The position numbers and the translations under genes were made by a program. Below, piece by piece: positions 37,999 through 42,746 of a stretch of 42,746 nt of DNA. Within the stretch, counting starts at the first letter, position 1. Each line of letters starts with the position of its first letter. The DNA comes from Verrucomicrobiota bacterium (GTDB lineage Bacteria; Bacteroidota; Bacteroidia; Chitinophagales; UBA8649). The stretch lies in assembly GCA_017853115.1 (NCBI GenBank), contig JAFMKE010000003.1, forward strand, positions 1 through 42,746, given 5' to 3'. The notes beneath the pieces are model-generated. The model saw only the letters and a program-made list of their open reading frames with translations, did no database searches and was not told the origin of the DNA.

Positions 37999-39879
37999 TT
38001 ATTCAGCCAAGTCTTTTACACTTCGTTGAATGAAGTTTGTCAGCTTTTTACCTTTAAGCATACCTTGACCAAGCAATGCTAAGTCGTAGAGCTGAGCAAT
38101 ATATTCACCTTGATTTTTCTTGGCTTTCAACAATTTGCCTGCCACGGGATGATTCGTATTTACAACCAGATTCAAACCGCCCGGCATATCACCCATAAAT
38201 GGCATACCTCCACCGAGTTGTTGCATCTCTTTCATTCGTCGAAGCCATTCACTTTGTGTTATCATCACTGGCATATCTTCTGGAGATAGGGCCTTCAGTT
38301 CAACAGTTACTTTATTGTCTTCGATAGCCTCTTCAAAAGCTTTTTTCAGTTTCTCTTGTTCTTTTTCACTCAATACAGATTCCATGGAATCTTCTTTCTC
38401 GATGAGTTTATCAAGTGTGTCTGCATCCACCCTTTTGAAAACCGAATCACTATTTTTCATTTCCAGCTGCTGCATGAAGTGATTATCGATTAGTGCATCC
38501 ATTTTCAACACGTCGTACGATTTTGCCACAGCTCCTTGTATATAGGCATCCTGACCTTCTACATCATTGGAGTATAAGTGAACGATCTTATCATTTTTAT
38601 CCGTTTGTAATGGCTTTATTTGCTCTGCGTACTCTGTAATGGTTTTGAACTGCCCTTCGATGTTTTCTAACAAGCAAGCATCCTTGGTTCTATCAAAGAA
38701 TTTTTCATCGCTCAACATGCCATATTTGACAAATACACCGAGACTTTCCCATTTTTGCTCATAGGATTCTCGATCTTTTTTGAATAGTTCTACTAGTTTA
38801 TCTGATACTTTCTTACTGATATGGCCCGTAATTTTCTTCACATTGCTGTCACTTTGCAAATAACTTCTCGATACATTCAGCGGAATGTCCGGAGAGTCAA
38901 TCACCCCATGTAGCATCGTTAAGAACTCAGGTACAATGTTTTCTACATTATCTGTAACGAACACCTGATTGCTGTATAAGCCTATTTTGTTCTTTTGTAC
39001 TTCGTAAGTTTTCTTCAACTTAGGGAAATATAAAATTCCGGTTAGCTTGAAAGGAAAATCTACATTCAGGTGAATCCAAAACATAGGATCTTCGCTCATC
39101 GGGTATAATTCACGGTAGAAATTTAAATAATCTTCATCGTTTAAATCACTCGGTGCCTTTACCCATGCAGGAGCAGTGTTATTGATGATATGGTCTTTGG
39201 TTTTAGTTTCCATAACATCTTTACCATCATCGTCTTTTTTACCTGAGGCTACCTCGTAAGTTTCTTCTCCAAATTTGATTTCGATTGGCAAGAACTTACA
39301 ATATTTGTTTAGCAAACTTTTAATTTTTGCTTCTTCCAAAAACTCTTCAGATTCTTCATTAATGTGCAGTACAATGTCTGTTCCGCGTTCTGTTTTCTCC
39401 GCTGCTTCAATCGTGTAGTTTGGACTACCATCACAGGACCATTTTGAAGCAGGGGCATCCTTGTAAGATTTGGTTAAGATTTCTACGTGGTCGGCTACCA
39501 TGAATGCACTGTAAAAACCTAAGCCAAAGTGACCAATAATTTGTGCTTTGTCATCAATTCCTTTGAATTTTTCAATGAATTCTTCCGCACTTGAGAAGGC
39601 GATTTGATTAATATATTTATCAATCTCTTCTTGGGTCATTCCGATTCCTTTGTCACTGATAGTTAAGGTTTTCGCTTTCGAATCCAACTTAACTTCGATT
39701 TGTGTGCTTCCTAGGTCACCTTTGATGTCACCTTTTTTGGATAGTAAGACAAGCTTTTGTGTTGCGTCTACAGCATTTGATACCAATTCACGTAAAAAAA
39801 TGTCTTGATCTGAGTATAAGAACTTCTTAATTATCGGAAAGATATTTTCCGTTTGTACATGTATACTACCTTGTTGCAT
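37999..39879 (-). CDS. htpG: Molecular chaperone HtpG (Hsp90)
   Basis: FLRELVSNAVDA, DKGIGMT, IIGHFGLGFYSAF, DIPLNVSRS. Confidence 0.97.
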   Translation of the reverse strand: MQQGSIHVQTENIFPIIKKFLYSDQDIFLRELVSNAVDATQKLVLLSKKGDIKGDLGSTQIEVKLDSKAKTLTISDKGIGMTQEEIDKYINQIAFSSAEEFIEKFKGIDDKAQIIGHFGLGFYSAFMVADHVEILTKSYKDAPASKWSCDGSPNYTIEAAEKTERGTDIVLHINEESEEFLEEAKIKSLLNKYCKFLPIEIKFGEETYEVASGKKDDDGKDVMETKTKDHIINNTAPAWVKAPSDLNDEDYLNFYRELYPMSEDPMFWIHLNVDFPFKLTGILYFPKLKKTYEVQKNKIGLYSNQVFVTDNVENIVPEFLTMLHGVIDSPDIPLNVSRSYLQSDSNVKKITGHISKKVSDKLVELFKKDRESYEQKWESLGVFVKYGMLSDEKFFDRTKDACLLENIEGQFKTITEYAEQIKPLQTDKNDKIVHLYSNDVEGQDAYIQGAVAKSYDVLKMDALIDNHFMQQLEMKNSDSVFKRVDADTLDKLIEKEDSMESVLSEKEQEKLKKAFEEAIEDNKVTVELKALSPEDMPVMITQSEWLRRMKEMQQLGGGMPFMGDMPGGLNLVVNTNHPVAGKLLKAKKNQGEYIAQLYDLALLGQGMLKGKKLTNFIQRSVKDLAE

Positions 39880-39910
39880 AATTTAACTTCTTTTGATTCA
39901 CCCTAGCTAA

Positions 39911-39950
39911 TCAAAGTCTGTGCCTGTAAAAAGTTTGTGACAAGATGTCA
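39911..39950 (-). promoter_or_regulatory. Putative htpG regulatory element: TGACA-N3-TGTCA palindrome plus sigma54-like GGCAC-N4-TTTG
   Basis: Minus strand reads TGACATCTTGTCA-N12-AGGCACAGACTTTGA, ending 31 nt before the ATG. Confidence 0.5.
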
Positions 39951-40038
39951 GCGAATGGGAAATTTTTACCGATTATTTTATTATTAAAAAATAAAATTCA
40001 GCTAATTACCTTTTTGTAAACTCTCTTAGCTGGAGAAC

Positions 40039-41817
40039 CTAATGCTTTGAGTAATTGTTATACAAGGTTTTGAATGGACCATCTTCCTTTCTGAGCAATT
40101 CTTCTCTGGGGCCGTAATCTACAATTTTACCTCCTTCGAGCATGAGGACGTAATCGGCATTACTAATGGTTGCTAGTCGGTGGGCAATGATTATCGAAGT
40201 GCGTTTTTTTATCAATTTATCGATAGCGTTTTGAACAATATATTCTGTTTCTGTATCAACTGAAGATGTCGCCTCATCTAAAACCAGGATTTTTGGATTA
40301 AAAACTAAAGCGCGCACAAAAGAGATGAGCTGTCTTTGCCCCAAGCTTAGCGTTGCCCCTCGTTCCATTACCTGGTATTCATAGCCATTCGGCAGCTGTT
40401 CAATGAATTCATCTGCCCCTATCAGTGCGGCGGCTTTCTTTATATCTTCATCTGTGATATTGTCATCTAACAAACGGATATTATCCATGATACTGCCAGA
40501 AAAGAGAAAAACATCTTGAAGTACTGTGCTGATTTGTTTTCTGTAAAATCTCAGATCAAAATCTTTAATACTCGTATCGTCTAAGAAAATATCTCCTTTT
40601 TGCCAGGTATACAATCGACTGAGTATATTGATAATACTGCTTTTCCCGGAGCCAGTTTGTCCTACTATGGCAAGCGTTTTACCAGCTGGAATTTGAAATG
40701 AAATATTTTTAAGCACGTAATCTTCATCGTTGTACGCAAAACTAAGGTCTCGGAATTCGACTTTACCAGTTATTGCTACATCTTTTATTGCTCCTGAGTC
40801 TTCAATTCGATCTTTACGATCCAATAAAATGAAAACTCTTCGGGCGGCCACTAATCCCATTTGCATCGTGTTAAAACGCTCAGCCATGAATCGGATAGGG
40901 CGGAAAAGTAGACCAATCAACAAAATAAACTGAATGATTAACCCAACGTCTGCTGGAGCGCCAAAACTGGTAGTTAGGTGATTCTGAATCAATAAGTCTG
41001 CACCCAACCATACCATCAATCCAATGGCAACGGCAAGTAAAATTTCAACTACTGGAAAGAAAACGGAATAGGCCCATATCGCCTCTACATTGGCTTCTTT
41101 GTGCTGGTCGTTAATGTCACGGAATTTCTCAAACTCTTGTTGTTCAGCCCCAAAGATTTGAACAAGACGCATACCTGAAATATGTTCTTGTAGGAAGGCA
41201 TTGAGCAAAGAAACTTGCGTTCTCACTTTTTGAAAAGCTTTTTTTACACTTTCTTTAAACAGGTAAGTGCTTAGAATCATAAAAGGTAAGGCAGCCAAAC
41301 TAATTAGTGCCAATTGCCAACTTTTCAGAAACATCCAGATGACAATAATGAGTAAAGTGAGTATATCTGCCAAAAGCTGTATAAAGCCTTGGGTGAATAT
41401 GCTGTTGATGGTTTCAATATCGTTAACTGTCCGTGTAGTGGTTGTTCCAATCGGTGTTTTATCGAAGTAGCTCAGATTCAAACTTAACACATGCTTAAAA
41501 ACGGCTGTTCGCAAATTTTTTACCACAGACTGTCCGAGTTTATTACTACTATATATGAAAAAGTAACGCAAGACTGACTCAGCCATCAAAGTCAGGATGA
41601 TAAGAATTACAAGTAATTGCGTATTATCTCCAGCGCCTAGGATGTTTTCATCAATTAGTCGTTGAATCAATTCTGGACGCAGTGGACCCAATATGGCCAA
41701 AACAAGCGAGTACACTACCGTAGCAATAAGTAGGAACTTAAACGGGAAAGCGAGCTGAATCACCTTCCATAATAATTTCATATCCATTGCTTCTCCTGTG
41801 GAATCTGACTTAGACAT
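40039..41817 (-). CDS. ABC exporter, fused permease/ATPase (MsbA/MdlB-like)
   Basis: TM domain, Walker A GQTGSGKS, signature LSLGQRQ, Walker B ILVLDEAT, IAHRL. Confidence 0.93.
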   Translation of the reverse strand: MSKSDSTGEAMDMKLLWKVIQLAFPFKFLLIATVVYSLVLAILGPLRPELIQRLIDENILGAGDNTQLLVILIILTLMAESVLRYFFIYSSNKLGQSVVKNLRTAVFKHVLSLNLSYFDKTPIGTTTTRTVNDIETINSIFTQGFIQLLADILTLLIIVIWMFLKSWQLALISLAALPFMILSTYLFKESVKKAFQKVRTQVSLLNAFLQEHISGMRLVQIFGAEQQEFEKFRDINDQHKEANVEAIWAYSVFFPVVEILLAVAIGLMVWLGADLLIQNHLTTSFGAPADVGLIIQFILLIGLLFRPIRFMAERFNTMQMGLVAARRVFILLDRKDRIEDSGAIKDVAITGKVEFRDLSFAYNDEDYVLKNISFQIPAGKTLAIVGQTGSGKSSIINILSRLYTWQKGDIFLDDTSIKDFDLRFYRKQISTVLQDVFLFSGSIMDNIRLLDDNITDEDIKKAAALIGADEFIEQLPNGYEYQVMERGATLSLGQRQLISFVRALVFNPKILVLDEATSSVDTETEYIVQNAIDKLIKKRTSIIIAHRLATISNADYVLMLEGGKIVDYGPREELLRKEDGPFKTLYNNYSKH

Positions 41818-42565
41818 AAGGGTATTTTATATTCCACAAAAACAACCCTTGCGGCGGAGCTGTTGGTTTGTACTTCAATTCTGTACCATCTCGCAAAGCA
41901 CTTTCTAATTCTTCTAGGCTGATTTTTTCTCGTCCGATATCAACCAGGCAGCCGACCATTCTACGAATTTGATTGCGTAAATAACGATTCGATTTCACTT
42001 TGAAAATCACTCGTTTTTCAGGCTTGAAATAACACCATTCCGCTTGGCTAACATGCGACAGGTGATTGCTTAACTCGGGATTAAATCGACATAAGGCTAT
42101 GTAGTTGTTGTACTGGGTAAACAGTTCACAAGCTTTATAGATTAAATCCGTATTTAAATCGCTCAATGGATACCACCAAGCTTGATTTCTTCTAAACACA
42201 TCATAATTTTCATCGAGGAAATACCAATACGTTCGTTCTGTAGCATCATATCGAGCATGGGCTTCTGGTTCCACTTCATGTATGTTGAGTATACCTATAT
42301 CGCTTGGAAACATTTTCTGTAAAATGAAAGCTAGGTTTTCCCGATGCTTGGGTGCGTCGAAATGAAGGAAGTATTGCTTGGCATGCACCCCAGTGTCCGT
42401 TCGACCGCAACCAACTACTTGGATGTTTTGATCATACAAGCGACTGAGCACCTGTTCGATGGCTTCTTGAACAGAGGCGAATTCAGGCTGCCGCTGCCAA
42501 CCGAAGTAGTTTGTGCCATCGTAGGCAATCTCTAAAAAAAGTCGTTTCGGATAATCCTCGTTCAT
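41810..42565 (-). CDS. truA: tRNA pseudouridine(38-40) synthase
   Basis: IAYDGTNYFGWQ, GRTDTGVHA, HARY, TAPPQGLFL; start moved to ATG 42565, after TATATTTG at 42575-42582. Confidence 0.94.
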   Translation of the reverse strand: MNEDYPKRLFLEIAYDGTNYFGWQRQPEFASVQEAIEQVLSRLYDQNIQVVGCGRTDTGVHAKQYFLHFDAPKHRENLAFILQKMFPSDIGILNIHEVEPEAHARYDATERTYWYFLDENYDVFRRNQAWWYPLSDLNTDLIYKACELFTQYNNYIALCRFNPELSNHLSHVSQAEWCYFKPEKRVIFKVKSNRYLRNQIRRMVGCLVDIGREKISLEELESALRDGTELKYKPTAPPQGLFLWNIKYPYV

Positions 42566-42729
42566 GATCGTGCGCAAATATATGGCTTTCCTTAACAAGC
42601 GCTTGAATTCATTTTAGCGTTCAAAACTAAACCGTGATAGGACTATAACATTATTAAGGGTGTTTGGTTTCTTTTTTAGCTTGTCTCAAGTTATTTTCAC
42701 TCGTATCTTTACAAACTAATTGGAAAAAC

Positions 42730-42746
42730 ATGATACAACGCATTCA
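42730..42746 (+). CDS. 5' end of a truncated CDS, possibly DUF4293 family
   Basis: ATG after an A-rich leader and TATCTTTA (42704-42711), encoding MIQRI(Q/H). From recall, DUF4293 proteins begin MIQRIQ and lie near truA/ABC genes in Bacteroidota. Only 5 complete codons are visible. Confidence 0.4.

Noticed and set aside
1-42746. CRISPR array, IS, prophage, tRNA/rRNA or defence island
   Set aside because: No repeat-spacer pattern, transposase, integrase, RNA gene or defence gene found; nearly all sequence is explained by core CDSs

Overview
AT-rich, densely packed core-genome segment of a Bacteroidota bacterium, supported by TAnnTTTG-type promoters, no Shine-Dalgarno sites and the gliding/T9SS genes. 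I found no rRNA, tRNA, CRISPR array, IS element or prophage. Gene order: a 769-aa WecA/MraY-type transferase fused to an O-antigen-ligase-like domain; nth; hppD; a minus-strand ribD-EamA-yigZ-T9SS-secreted zinc protease-sufE-arsC/spx operon; fused 2-oxoacid dehydrogenase E1; sterol desaturase/cyclase/hemW; the T9SS/gliding locus (Omp85, DUF4271, hemD-like, porP/sprF, gldKLMN); uvrC-PBP1A-sprE; an M23 peptidase-bactofilin-atpZ-atpI-like unit with no ATP synthase genes after it; yceD-rpmF-fabH-efp-accB-accC (rpmF was missed by the ORF track); an OmpA/MotB lipoprotein; htpG; an ABC exporter; truA. The best candidate for something undescribed is the initiating-transferase/ligase fusion, whose ligase His motif carries Gln. 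Other leads are the T9SS motor linked to a peptidoglycan-remodelling/bactofilin module and an orphan Omp85, the orphaned atpZ/atpI pair, a sigma54-like plus palindrome element upstream of htpG, and a promoter encoded inside the DUF4271 'YLC' codons. All assignments come from motif recognition only; no searches were run.
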